Below are positions 41,401 to 56,400 of a stretch of 64,000 bases of DNA, piece after piece. The translations under genes were made by a program, and so were the position numbers. The notes under the pieces are model-generated. The model saw nothing but the letters and a program-made list of their open reading frames with translations. It was not told the origin of the DNA and did not search any database. Numbering within the stretch: position 1 is the first letter of the stretch; every line of letters starts with the position of its first letter. This DNA comes from an uncultured Planctomycetia bacterium (GTDB taxonomy: Bacteria > Omnitrophota > Gorgyraeia > Duberdicusellales > 4484-171): the NCBI GenBank assembly GCA_964590995.1, contig CAZPYY010000001.1:762-64761 (forward strand), read 5' to 3'.

Positions 41401-44400
41401 TCTTCTAAGGCCGCCAATATAGCTTGTGCATTTTCTTCATTCGAAATCTCAATTTCCTCAATATGCTCCGGTGATACCTCAGGTTGCACCAATATTGCCC
41501 GCAAGATTTCTTTCTGTATAAACGGAAGGGGTGTCAGAATTCTTAAAACCTCCTGGATGCATCCTTGAGCAACGCTCGCAGGTGAGAGGAAAGTATATTG
41601 ATAGGTCTGGGAAGCTTTCAGATGAGCCAAGACAAAGACTTTTCTGTTGATATCAAAAAGAATGAGATAATTACAGTCTATTGCTCCCTCTGATTCTAAC
41701 TCTCTCTTGCTTCTGTCGCCTCGGACAAGGATTCCGAATTCATCGCGCCGTAATATTGCGGCGGGGCCTTTGGGGTCAATTAGACAATCAACTGAATTTC
41801 CTGAGATTCTTAATCGATATTTTACCGCAGTAATCTTTTTTACATCATCCACAGGCGAGCTGGAGAAAACTGAGTCATTGTTATACGCGGCAATTAATCC
41901 TCGAATTACATCTACCACATCTTCATCTTCTGAGGCCTTTGGCTCACCAAACAAGTCTACGAATATATCCAGACCAAATTCATCAACTATATCACTAAGA
42001 TTTAACTTAACTATGTCTATGATCTTTTCTCGATAGATATTTAATCCGAGATTGCTTGATTTCAATATATCCCGTAAAGACAAGAGCCGCTGAAGCACTT
42101 CTTTCTTAAAATCCTTCCTTCGTTTACTGAATAATTTTAAGAAAATATCCTCTATCTGATGAGAGGTCCGTTCTTTTCTTAAATAGTTTATGAGTAAACG
42201 TAACCCTGATACACTAGCAATATCGCGGGCAGTATCTAATTCCTTTTGTTTAAGTTCAGGGATCATTCTCCACAATTCCTGCTTCACCTTATTTATTCTG
42301 GTAAGAGCACGGCCGGGAGAGCGGCTAAGTCCATAAACCCATAAGTTGCGAATGCGCTGTTTTATCGAACTTTTATAGTAGTTATAGATTTCATAATCAT
42401 CATCCAATAAACTTAATTCATAATCGCTGAGTGGCCCCCAAAAAGAAGAAACATACCGCTTTTCTGACTTTCTAAACCAAAGGGCGAATTCCTCGTCTAA
42501 GTCGGATTCTAAAGAAGTACACCTGATGACCAAACCGTCTTTGATAATAATCCTTACTCTCTCATTAGGATGCCTGCGAAATCTCGCCCATGACCTTATT
42601 CTTGCTCGCCTTAAGCCATTGACTAAAGGTCTGGCACCGCCCAAACGAAGACTTCCGTTGCTGTCTAAAAAACCGTAGGTAGTAACATCTTTAAGTTTAG
42701 CGAATTTCTCCGGCCTTATTCTCCCCCTATAAACATCGATAACCCTCCCTGTTTTATTATCTATAATAGGGAAAAATTCAAACATTGAACAATCATTCAA
42801 AAAGAATATTCTCATAGGCATCCCATTATAGATTTCCAGCTCATACTCTGTATTGCAATAGCCTTTAAATTGAAACGGGCCCATTTTCTTTCCCAAACTT
42901 ACCCGCGCCCTGCTATTGGTTTTACCCCTTACTACTATATGCCCAAACTGCACTCTCTTTTTGTATCGAAGAGGGAGGTCTTCCTTATTTATATAAACCT
43001 GACCGGTCAATTTACCCTCAAAAGAATGAGCAAGAATCTGACGCCACATACCTTTTCTTATTTTTAGGTCCCTATCAGTCTCTGAGGCGATACCGCCTTT
43101 GCTTTCAGGCCTTAGTTGCTTCTGCATCGCAATTATTGTTTTATTCTCTGGGCCTCGAGCCTTAAAATCATCTACAGTGCAAATAGGACCGTTTCGTAAC
43201 TCATTTACATCCACAGGCGAGCTGGAGGAAACTGTATATCTCAACAACGTATCATAGCTCTGCAGTAACGCTGTTTTTGCCTTTTTTTCTACGTCCCCAT
43301 CCCATGCTCGGCAAGGCCTTAGGCTTTGGGCGATTTCATCGCAATAAAATGGCAATATATCTTGAGCGGATTTCAAGAATAACCCTCCAAAAGTAAATTG
43401 TCTGCCTGGGTCAAAATTCTTTATGCGCTGATTATCAATACCGTAATTGAACGCCTTTAATATATCGATGCTTATAAATCCTTGAGAAAGTATATCTCCG
43501 ATAGCCCCAATGAATTTCATAGCCAGGGGCTTTCTCTCGGCTAAGGGATAAGAGGTTAATTCGCTCTCTAATTCTGCAACTTTCTGCTGAATCACTATAT
43601 CAAAACCGGCTAAGCGTGTTAGTTGTGTATTTACCAAACGGTCTGCATACATACTCTGGGCATTGCGATAACTATTTCTTATTGGTCGGGCCCAATGCTT
43701 CTTTATCGGCTTCACAACGATTTTCTTACCTATATATACACGCGCTGTATGTTTAAACTTAGGATTATACAGGACACCGAATCCCAATTCTCTCATCCAG
43801 TCTGTAACATCTAAAATTGAAGCTTTCGTTGTATCTCTCTGAGTACTACATAGTTGTTTTATTAGTCTCATTTCTTCGCTGAGAAAACATTTTGCTACAG
43901 GCGAGGAGGAAGTTCTTTCCTCAACATCTTCTTTATTCTTATTGCTTTTATAGTCTTCTTTAATTAAATGGTCAAATAAAAGATTCAAGAAAGTCCATGC
44001 GCCCCAACCTAATACAATCTTTACTACGCCCCAATTGAAATTCATTACTATCTTTCCTGCGCCTACCATTAGAAAAGATGCTATTGCGGCAAAAACAGAA
44101 AAGAAACCATTAAATCCAAAAAAATCTTTAATAAAAATCTTTAATGGTACGCTAGCTTGAGTTTTTAACCTATTGCTTCTAGCAGTATCAGCAAGATATA
44201 AAGAAACGGCTATTGCGATGCAGCCTAATATTAAAGAATATCTCAGAATCTCGCCAGACAACACATTTCCCACAGGCGAGCTGGAGTGGACTCGATAAAA
44301 ACTGTTTTTAGGAAACACATAGTTATACATTCCCTGAATTCCGCCACTTAAGCGCTCAGAATATGGGAAACAATTAGGAAAACATTCTGCCATTGTGTCA

Positions 44401-47400
44401 GCAGCGTGAGTTGTTTCATCAATTATAAGATAACCTAATGGTTTCAGTAGTTCTTTGGCTTTATCTAGCCATTCTTTCGGCCTGCCAAAAATCCTTCTTC
44501 CACCTACAAAATCAATGAATGTCACAAGGTCGAAACTGTGTGGTTTTAAACCATATTGCTTGATATCAAAAACGCCTATTTCGCTATGGACGAACCTAAT
44601 CTTAAGGTCTAATATTAAGTCCTGTTTCTTTAAACTATTGGAAATAGCTATTGCGTACGCTTCAACGAGCTGAGTTTTGCCCTCATCTACATCTACGAAA
44701 GTAATATCCTTACCCACTAATGTCAGCAAATGGGGAAAGATCAATAATCCATCTCCGACTACCATAATCTTCTCGATACGAGGCTCCAAGGATGGATCTA
44801 AGATAAGAGAAACTAATTTTTTCGAATAGTATAAATCTTTTTCAAAACCTTCTTGATATTTTTTCATAAAGAATGTATATGCTTCTCCCAGAGTCATATT
44901 CCGTTGCATCGGAGAACTGGAAGAAATAATTCCATTAAGGACTTTGAGCGAGGAATTACTTTGAGCAAACCCGGCATAAGCAGAAAGGCCCCAGTGCCTG
45001 AACAACTCTTTTCGTCCCGGGCATTTATTCTTCACGCCCGCGCAGTCAAGGTCACAATTGAAACATTCAATAGGCTCCTTTGCTATCGGGCCCAACCCCT
45101 CAACAGTCTCATACCTGCGAAGCATAATTCCTTCTTTGGGTTTTATGCCGCGAATAGCTTGACCGTCAGGAAGGATAGAGTACTTAACGAACTTATCGAT
45201 ATCTTCATTCGAAAGTTTGTCACCAGCCTCTATACGGCCTGAAGGGTAAAATAGACCCTTTTCTCCCAACTGCCAAAATCTTCCGCAGTTCTTTATGGAT
45301 TTTTTCTCAAACTCTATTAAATAAAGCATCTTCTTTGACTCAAGGACTTCCAGTATATCCTGGCACAAATTGGTAGGATCACTAATGCGTCTAAATAAAA
45401 ATACTTTATATTTACTGGGAAGTAAATTCTCTTGTGCCAATTTAATAATATGCGCTATATGCTCAGCATATTTCTTAATCCCCAATCTGCGCATCCAGGC
45501 ATTCGGAGCAATGCTCAAAGTCAAGCTTACGACTACACCTCCTCTTTTTAGTGCTTTTATAAAGGCGCGCTCAGCCACAGAGCCGCGCTCAAATCCAGAG
45601 GTATGAACCTCGCCTACAGGAGACAGCTTCAAGATATTACTACTGTCTTTATCATAAACAAAGTCATAGTAGTCTCTGAAATAATCTCCCCTGAAAAGCT
45701 GAACAAAGTTAAAGCGGACACTGCTTTTCCTAAGAATAAACTCTAACTGCTCAAGCCATATCCAGGGAAAAGGGCTTACCCGAATAGTGGTTGCGCCGTC
45801 ACAATGGTCGCACTGGGTAGAACATCCCCAGGTAGCTATGGCAGGGGCTCCTTGGTTTCTGAATGAGAGTTTGTAGTCCTCTTTTCTTCTTCCCTCAAAT
45901 AAAGGAATAAACCAATCAGAGGCAGGCTCTATAAGTGCGTTAAGATTTGCGATTTGGGTTTCGATATCGGCTTTATTATGTTGCTTTTTTATTGATTTTA
46001 TGCGTCCTCTCCCTATTTTTGATAGTGGCACTTGATAATGCTCAATCATCTCTATCCTTGCCTTAATCGCCGCTTTAATAAAAGATAAATAATCAACAAA
46101 TTCCTGGGGATTCTCCTCCCTACGCAGGCCTCTTTGGATAGCAGCATTTGTGGCAGCGGCTTCCTTTATAAACTCCTGATATTCGAATATCTGTTTCTCC
46201 CAATCCAAATATAAATAAGAATAATTACCTCTCTGGCATTGTTTTAGTCTCCATCTTGCCATCTCTTCCAATGGCAAAGATTGTCGTACGGAACGTTTCC
46301 CGCCGTCTTGATCAACTACGCTTGATGAGGATGAAGAATCCTTATTTTTTTTGCGAGCGGGCCTATACCTAAAGGCCATGGATTCGTAAGTCGTATGCGG
46401 CTCTTGCTTCAAGGGCACAGAATCAACATCACTGAGACCAGATAACAAACTCTTGCTTTTGCCTGCTGGTTCTGTCTCTCGGGCAGGAAAATCCCTGTAC
46501 CCAAGTAATGCTAATATCTCACTCATATCATCGGGATGCAGATTCATCGTGCCGTTTGGAATATGCTCAGGAAAACTTACCTCTATCTTGCTGCCGTTCC
46601 TTCTTCTGATATCATCGGCAAAGAAATCAGCCAACAGATTAATAAGCTGCTGACGCGGAGCCTTCAAGTTTCCGTTAAGAGACATAAAATCAAGTTGAAA
46701 ACAATGGGAATGTTTTATGCGTATCCCGCCGCCGGGGATTTCTTCCAATAAAGGGTACATCGCGCGATAGACAACTTCCGTATAGAATTGCGAGATGTTT
46801 TCAATTTCGTCTAAAACGCCGAAAGCGCTTAACTCTTCTCTCTCTCCATCAAGAAGTTTCAGATAGATTTTTGTGCCCTCATTTTCCTTTATCTCTTTGG
46901 CAATATCACAAAGAAGTTCAAAGGGCCTTGTATGAAGGCGCCACTTAGCCTGAAAAATAATGGAGCTATAAACCGGACTGCTGCTTGTCTCTGAAGCAGC
47001 ATGTCCTGAAACAAAGCTATCGTCTAAAGAATATAATAATCCTGCTCCTGACTGCCAAAATGCGTCAAAACCATCAAGGCGCAAATCACAAAAAATGCCG
47101 CGCTTTCTTAGTTGACATAGCAACTCATGCGTTAAATAACCCCGGACAGTCAAAAGAGTACCGGCAGGGCTAATACAATCTGTGATGCGGCCGATAACCT
47201 CCGGTATATCTATCCTATTACTATTGATAATTGATGAATAATTAGTTAATACAAGGTGATTAAATTGTTTATTTTGCGGGAATGATATCTTATCAACAGA
47301 TGCCTGTCTAAAAGTTACCTTACCTCCTGACTCTCTAATCTCTTTTTGGAATATACAGCCAAGCATCATAAGCTCCTGCGATAGCCGTCCATCCTTATCG

Positions 47401-50400
47401 CTATCTACCACCGTAACCTGCATACCCATGAGAGCATCAGCCAAAAACAACATATTTCTTCTGTTAGCAAGATGCAGTGAATGATGATTGCATAGATTGT
47501 CTTCCTCTTTTTGAGCCATTATTTCAAAGAGTAATGCTGTTCGTTTGCGGATTATTGCGCGGTATCTACCCTCAATATAAACCGGCTGATCGGCGAGAAT
47601 AACATCTAATATGCTGTCGGCGTAATCATAAGGCTTATAAGAAATAATCGAACTTGATGATAAAACCGGACCTGAAGGCCTGAAGAAATGCCCTGATGTT
47701 CCGTCTGGCTCAAAGCCTAGCTGCCGGCCATACTCTATCCAGGCATCAAAAGCTCCCCTGGTCTTTCCGCGGTATTGGGGAATTATTAAGATATCATTAT
47801 TTTCACCGAAATTAGCAACAAATTCTGAGAATAAGATCCTACCTAACCGTTTATCACATAATTTCTTATCCCGCTCGATTGTATGAATAAATAGGTATTT
47901 TAAACCGAGCTCTTGTTCTTCATAAGCCAATAATATCGCCAGAGGCTCATAGGGGCTGCCGATATAATAAAGAATAACCGGTTTTCGTAGTAGAAACTTC
48001 CACCTGATGTGCTTCCGGTCATCATCTGTCATGACGAACTTTCTATCTCCGGTTTCTTCCCAGGCCCGCAATACAGCTATAACCTGATTCTTCTTTGTTA
48101 CGGTAACTATCGGTAAATGAGCACCGCTCTCATACAACTTTATCCCTGAAGAAGCGGTGTCTATACCAATCAGCTTTTTAATAAATTCATCAATAAATTC
48201 TTCATATTTTTCTTCGCCCAAATCATATTTTTCTAAAATCTCATGCATTCTTTCTTTCAATGATTCAATACGCCTAAAGTCTTCTGTGGAACCAGATAAG
48301 TCCAAGAATAAATCCCGATATTCTCTCTTTTCCCGATCAGCCAATTGCTCCCAGAGCTCATCAAGTATGGATAATACCTTATTCTTCTTGCCGTCTACGG
48401 AAGGAATATTATTGAATACGTTGATATAGCCTAAAGCGCGCCGCACAATATCATCCATGCCAGCATCTTTGCCTAAGCTATTTTTCGCTGCCTCAAACAT
48501 AATCCCGGCATAAAAATCTCCCTTAAGATGAAGCTTTCCGATAGGCTCAAATTTAAAACCGTACTGCACTTCTATCTCTAACAGAGCCTGTTCGAATATA
48601 CCATTATCTTGTTCAACTGTTATATATTCAGCGGCGGAAGATTTAGCGCTCCTGACCTGCTCTTTACCCAGATTAAACATTTCATACTTGAAGTTAGCTG
48701 CAGTCTCTCCCCAGACGGCTGATAAATCGCTGTTGCGAAATGCATCAAGACCCCAGCGCTTAGTTAACATCAGGGTAAATACGGCTTCGGAGATATATAC
48801 AAAGGCGTCGTCCGCTATCGTTACAATTTTATGTTGTGGTAATATATTGAAAATATATTGCGAAACCAAAGCGGATATTATAGCCGGGTTAAGCCGGCGG
48901 CTGAGGAATAAAACAACCAAGCCCCCTCGGTCACTTAAAACGCCTAATAGTTCTCCGGCTAAAGAAGACAAAACCAGGTCTCTTCTGTCAAAATCATCTA
49001 AAACGCTGCCTAAGGTATAAGGTTTAACTATAATTTGACTTGCCAGTAGTTCTCTTTCGTTTACTGATAGGTTTTTTCCAAAAACGTCAAGTACAAACAC
49101 AGAATCTTCTAAAATATACGTTTTCTGCTGAGAGCTGAATTCCTTATCTACAGCAAAATAGATACAGTTTAATGTGTAAGAATCAATCTTTTGTTTTCCA
49201 GCAATTTCAGGAAATCTTTCCAGGTCATAAATAATTGCTTCCGCTATCTGCCCGCTATGTAGATATAGTGTATGAAACTCATCCGGTTCAAGATCGCCAG
49301 CGCCAAACAACAATTTACCGAATGAATCAATGAATTCTTCGAGGTTAAAAGATACACGCTTAGTTGCTGTCTCAATATCGATATTTCCGTTAATAATTAA
49401 GCCTTTGCTGTTTCGGTAGTCATTACCACCTTTGATGGACGACGAAGATTGGCAATGGTTTTCGTCTTTCTTCTTGAAAGTGATATTTCGTGACCTGGTC
49501 TCTCCGGCTATATTCTTATAAATAACTCTGAAAATCTGCTTGGGGAGATTCATAATCTCTTCATGAAGAATACGATAACGCTCGGTATTTTCATAAATCA
49601 TTATATGTCTCTTAAATTCATCATTATCCTTAAACAATTCAAGATAATGTTTTTGAGTCTCACCGTAGCGCTTCTTAAACCAGTTCGCCAGATGCCTTTT
49701 GCCGCCTTTTCCGTCCGGCATCCAGTGTTTTGGCCTGCCTAAATCATCAGTAGTCAATACGTGGAGCTCATTTTTACTCCTGGCGCATTTCATTAAGTAT
49801 TTACCTTCCCGGGTATTATCACCGGCATATTCGATTTCGATTCTATTTTTTGTTATAAAAAGCATAATTCCAAAGATATCCTGGATGAATTGGGCAATAT
49901 CTTCTCTTAACTTATGAGGGACACATTGCCTAAAATAATACTGTTTAGGGGTAAAAGTTATAAGGTGAAGTAAGTATCGCTTTGCGCCGCGAATATCATT
50001 GTCGCTAATGAATTGATTGACTGTCAGGGATCTTTGGAGGGCTCCTAAGCTGTCATAATCAGGCCTAAACTCAAGGAGGGCTTCCACAAATTCAATCACT
50101 TGGGGATAAGGAAGCTGAAGTTTAATCTTCACCAGTAGCGGAGGCACTCTCACTCTACGGATATAGTAAATATCATGGTATTTAATGATTTTCTCGGTCA
50201 ATTTTAATTTCTTATTCTTAAGCAACCATTCTCCAAACCCACTATCAGCATCAAGCATAGCATAATCTCTGCTGCTAAGAGTAACTCTTGGTTTCTTGGG
50301 TGAAATCTTCCTTCTGTGATCATCTAACTTTTTAGCGGCAATACGCTCAATGCTGCCCCGTTGACCCTTTAGGGTATTGAGCCTCTCACCCAAGGCTTTT

Positions 50401-53400
50401 CTAACTGACTGCGATCTTTTAACAACATTTAAATTCCCCTGTTTGAGAAGTTCTTTAATCTCTTTTAATCCGGGAATTACCCTCTTTACCTTTGTGTCAT
50501 CAGTTTGCCTGCCTTGCGCTGTGGTGATAATTATTGACTTGCCAATCTTAGGCCTGGCAATTATACTGTCTATAAGATCTATAACAGCTGATATTTCTTT
50601 ATCAACCTCGCCAAAGAACAATTGTATCTGCTGGCGGGGACGAGACTTTTTTAACTGGCGTATTCTTTCAATGATATCGTCCATGTCCTTTATACATTCA
50701 ATAATTATACCTATCTCCTCATTTATATCTTCCACTTTATGAAATTCCTGCCTCAACTCATCAGGCAGCAACGCGATATCTTTTTCTTTCAAATCCAATA
50801 AGGCAATAAAGTCTTTATACCTGCTTAGAGAACCGCCTTGATTACTTACCGAAGAAGAAATGGAAGAACTGCTTTCATTATTCTCATTCAATCGCCGTGC
50901 ATTTCCTTTAAGCCTATCAAGATGGTCTTTTGCACCGCCAAGCTCAAGGCCGTAATATTTCCTTAATACTTCCAGCGTTTGCCCCGCATCACGAATAACC
51001 CTTGCCCTATCATCACACTTGTTTAAGGTCATTTCTATGTATGACATGAAATCTCTCTCTATCCTATCTTCCAGCCATGTTTTAAACCTCTGCAATGCCC
51101 CCCGCTGGTATGACCTCTGATCCTTTCTTCCTTCAAAAAACCGGTTGATAGTCACTTCGCTAAAACCAAAAATGGAAGCAAGGACTAAATAACTCACCTC
51201 ATCAAACAATCTCATCTTTACGAACTCAACCATATCACTCTCGGTTAAATTATCGAAGCGAAGCGAGCTGGCGCGCCGCAGAATTACTTCCATTACTTCA
51301 TTTTTTGTGTCTTCTAACTCTCCGCATAAATATCTAAACCCTGAAGTTAAGTAAAACTGAACAACTAAGCTTATCAGCTTATCGTATACCCCGGACTCCT
51401 TAGCGTTACCGGCAAACTCAAGTGCAGCCACGCGCAGCTGCTTGGTAAGATTACTGCGCGACATCCCCAACATATTGGCTATTTCTTGACGGGTATGGTC
51501 AGGATACTTATGTATTGCCTCAATAATTCTCTTTCTTTTCCAGGCATGCTTTGATGTCATATCCCAATTTTTAAGCACTGTTTTTACTAACCTGCGGACA
51601 GGCTGATGATTTGAATCCAGAGCGAATCTCATCATATCTTCAGAGATTTTCCGAGTAAGTTTTGCCCGCAAAGCCTGCTTAAGCGTATCGGGTGCAGCCC
51701 TATAAAGCCGCCTATAGGCCCCTCTGGTTATCTTTGGTTGAGTCCATCTTCCTAAAAGAACCCTTGTTATATAAGAAGGATGGACTTGATGCTGTTTTGC
51801 CAGAACCTCATCAAGCGCTTGCACTGAGATTGCTTTGTTGCGTTGCGCATAGAGAAGAACTTCTGTCTCCCGGTCGTCCAAAACCATATCACGGCGCGCC
51901 TGGCGTATTAAGGCGTCAAGTTCTCGCTCAAGCGCGTTCATTAAGTGCAGGAACCATTTTCTTTGAGGAGACAACCGTGGTGTGTAAGTATTCTTTTCTA
52001 TCGGGGATGAAGCTCCTACAACAGGAAACCCCGCCTGAATAGCAAGAGCTATGTTATTGCTACGGCTTTTCGCTTTAACTGAGTTAATCGAAGAACTGGA
52101 ATGCCTGTCTAAATCTTCTTCTCTCATGCCCATAAGCTGGCAAGCTAGACATATCTGGGCTGATTTTTTTATGTGCTCTCTGGCCTTTGTAAATGCATCT
52201 CCTGCGGCAACAAAGCTTAATCGCTTAACAACAAGCTCAAATGGATAATCATATTCCCACATTGAATAAAACCGTATCATATCTTTTAACGAGGGGAAAT
52301 AATTCCTTTCTTCTAAATCCAGAAATTTAGCTACCAAATTGTCCTCTATCATTACAAACCGTATATCCGAAAGCATAATATCACTCACCACTAGACCTTT
52401 ATATTTACCCAGACTGAAACTCTCCAGCCAAGCCCTGATTAAACTCGTGGCTTCCAAAGACTGTAATCTTATTTCAATATCGGCCTCTTTGACTCCTCTA
52501 TCCCTCAAAATACTCTCCATATCTTCCCTGGTAAATTCCTCGATAACTTCCTCTATATAAACCGCTTTTGCCCTTTCAAAAGAAATATATTCAAAAGGCT
52601 GGGGAACAGGCGAGTACTCCTGAAACCTGTCATAAAAGTGGCTGGCAATCTCAAACCTTTCTTCTACGCCATAACGAATGCCTGTTTCACCGGAAAGTAT
52701 CTTCACAATTACCTCGCCATACTCAGGGTGCCGGGCAAGATATACAGAGGCGTTCTTACCCTGATGACCCGTCATGTGGGATATATCGATACCTTTTTCT
52801 TCTTTCAATTTACCCAATATAATCTTCTCTATTTCCGAAACGTAACCAATGCTGCTGCTTGAGCTGAGACCATGCGAGAAAGTAGCGGTTACCGGCGAAA
52901 GCGCTTTCAGATTAGTCAAAAAATAATAAAGTTTTGGTTCTCCTGCTGAATTAATAACTGAGCTATTTAGCTGCCGTGCTTGAGCCCTATGATGCGTACC
53001 GGTCGCAATTGGGCTGCTGGAGTCAACATTTTTCTTTGCAGCAGCACGCTCTAAAATAATTCTTTTCGCCTCTTCAATAGAATCAGTTACCTGATAAAGC
53101 GATACATCATCAGCATTAACCGCTTTTAAAGGAATCATTACCGCGCGAATCCAATCATCCAACTCACCCCAGAACTCACGCCCTATAAGAATAATTGGCA
53201 CTGGCTTAATCTTGCCAGTTTGGATAAGACAGAGCGTCTCAAAAAGCATATCAAGGGTATCAATACCTCCGGGAAAGAATATTAAACCTAAACTGCTGTG
53301 TCGTTGCATAGCAGTTTTTAACGCAATATGACTCTGAAAACAAAAGCCTCTATCGCCGGGTAGCTGTCTCCTGATATGTTTTCCTTCATACATCGTAATA

Positions 53401-56400
53401 AACCACCCCATTTCTAAATTAGCTTTTTGCTCCAAATGCTGATATGCCTTGCCTATTGCTTTCGCTATACTTTCTTCACCGCGACGCATGATTAAAATAC
53501 GTTCATTATTAAGCGAAATAGATAGCTCATGCGCCATCAGCGAGAATTTACTGGTAGTATCAACCAATCTGCCACCAAGAATAGAAACAGCAGGACCTAA
53601 GCGGCTCAATATGCGCGTGGCTCTGAACAACTCGCTGATAAAAACTCTGATATCAATGCCTCGCGGCTCAATCTGTCTGACTCTCAAATATGCGTCAAGA
53701 TGTTGATAAGCTTCCTTCTCTGTATGTTTAAGATGAACCAGTAATGCTTTTGGCGAAGGCATTAATCCTAACGCATGTGCTCTGTAGAGAAATTGCATAA
53801 ATCGATCATAGAAATCTTCATTAATTAAAACCAGTGGCTTTTGATTTCCAGAATTTCTTAGATTAAACGAAAGAAGCTCACCAATCTCATCCAGGGTACC
53901 AAACCCACCAGGAAAGGCTGACCCACCCAGACTCTTAAAAATAAACATTGCTTTACGTGTGAAAAAATAGTTAAAAATATTCGTTATGTCTTGATATTTA
54001 TTCGATAGTTGTTCATGAGGAAGATTGATACATAAACCAACTGAATTAATAAACTCACGCAAATTCTTATCAACGCTAAGCGCACCTTCGTTTGCTGCGC
54101 GCATAATCCCCGGACCGCCACCAGTAACTACCGAATATCCACCCCGCACTGCTCTCTTACCAAAACGAACAGCTTCTTTATAAAAATGATGGTGGGACTT
54201 GAATCGTGCCGAGCCAAAAGCAAAGAGAGCTGGCCCTAATTCTATGAGCGCACTCTTAGACGCTAGCCATTCATTGATAGTTTGTTCAAAGAATCTCTCT
54301 GAAAGTATGTTGTCGCCTCTTTTATTCCTACTGGATACCGGGCTGCTGGCCTTGTTCTGATTCAACAAGAACATTGAACTGGAAGATTTCTTTTTCCTTC
54401 TTGAACTCTTTTTCTTCTTTTGTGATTTCGCGGAAACAAGATCATGCGTTAATACACGGGAAATATCAATTTCGTTTTTATCGACTCCTTTGGCTTTAAC
54501 TGACCCGCGTATGACACCGTAATGAATAATCTTAATCACTTTTGCGAATGCTCTCTCAAAAGAATAAGAAAAATCCTCTGGCTCTACGGTAAACGCCGCT
54601 GCCAGCATCTTTGCCAGGAACAAGTTACTGTCTTTTATCTCGACAGTAGTCATTACCCTTAATATCTGCTTTAATCTCATTAAAGCAAATTCATTAGTAG
54701 AAAATACTCTTACAACTTCATCTTTTATCCTATCAACATACAATCTTCCTATTTGGCTATCATCTAAACTATCAAGATATTCGTCAAAACCAAGAAGGTA
54801 ATGCCCTAAATGATAAGGAGGTTGATCAGGATACCTTTTACGTACATCTTCCTTTAGAAATTTAATTATTTCTTCTCGTGGTAAGCCTTGAGCTAGCAAT
54901 TCAATAAGCTGGTTAAACGAAGACAAGAAAGCTCCACCGTCGTTTTCATCTTGTAACTTGCCCGCAAACGGGCTGCTGGAATGGTTAAAATAATTATTGC
55001 AACACCTGAGAGCATCATTAAAAATTTCCGCGATGATGTGGTGGGAAAAGTGTTCTCTGCCTATTCTTATATTATGCTCTATTATTCTCTTTCTAAAATC
55101 GGCATCATCAATTATCCTCACCATAAGCATGATAGCTTTCTTTGAAACTGTATCAGTATGAGAGAAAAATGATTTTCTATCAATCAGCGGCAGTTTAATT
55201 ACCTCATCTTCATCAATTTCCATGGTTTCTATAGCCCATAACCCTTTCGCACGTATATCAATTACCCACACCGGGTGAGGATAAACAACAAATGGCCTCT
55301 GATAATAAGCAGCCTCTATCTTAGCATTGCAAAAACCCTCTTGATACGATGGTATTATTATAAGGTCAGCTGCTTCATGTACCTCCCGCAGGCTAAAAGG
55401 TCCAAAGGTTCCCTCAACAGACATTACAAGATTGACCCTCTTCTCTTTGGCAAAACGCTCTAACAGTAACATATAACCTATACCTTCGTCTGTCGCCGGA
55501 TGGGTAATAATGAGGTGCATTCGCCGGTGCGGATATTGCTGCTGCAATTGAGCGGCAATCTCAATGGCCAGTTCTAAATTCTTGCGCCTAATAATTCTAA
55601 GCGGCGCGATCAACAATATGTCATCGGGATGAATATTATGAAATGCCCTGAATGCCTCTCCTGACCTTCTGTTCATGTGCGGTAAATTCTCGAAATCCCT
55701 TGCGTTAGGAGCTATGGCTACCCGCGTATCATATTTATTAAACATCGTTAACTCCTGATACGAATTAATAACTACCGTATAGAGGTCTTCGATCCCGCCA
55801 TAACTTCTACCACCCGCGATCTTATTCAGCCGCCCTGTGACCTTCTCGTTATCGGTCTCGTATTGCTCACGTTCCCACCAGTAATCATGATTGTGGGTAA
55901 TGGTAAAAATAGTCTTATCTTTCATTTCATGTTTTAATTCATTCATAATCTCAACCACCGCGAGCGACAATGCAATATTTACCGGAAGCGACAACACATT
56001 CTCCGGAATGACAAAATCTATGTCATTAGATATAATGAATTTCTTCAATCTTGACTTTATACAATCTTTTAAAAGATGGAATTTATCGATTACCTCATCA
56101 AGTTCCTGATTGAGCTTTCTCTGTTCAGTTTCTTCCTCAATGCTAAGGCCTTCTCTTTTCTGTTTCTCCTCAAGCTTATCTAACTGCTTAGCCAGACTGA
56201 ACAATTGTCCTGTTAATTCTTCAATCTCTTTATTCTTAAAATGGCAGAGAGAATCAACACTCATCCCATCAGCAATATCACTAACGCCGTCAACCTCACC
56301 GGCATAGAAATATACCTCTGCCCCACCCTTCTTGCACACCTTTGCCCACTCTATTAATTCATAGGTAACGCCGTCGCGCGCTTTCTTGCTTATGCGAAAC

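Larger units (their letters stand above)
32422..44285 (-). repeat. Dispersed linker repeat TCCAGCTCGCC (S-S-S-P), 11 exact copies
   Basis: Plus-strand GGCGAGCTGGA at 32422, 33292, 33844, 34675, 36136, 36904, 38128, 41239, 41854, 43216 and 44275. Confidence 0.9.

Noticed and set aside
32422-44285. CRISPR array interpretation of the recurring 11-mer
   Set aside because: The repeat is too short, the spacing is 0.5-3 kb and irregular, it is in frame in a CDS, and there are no cas genes.
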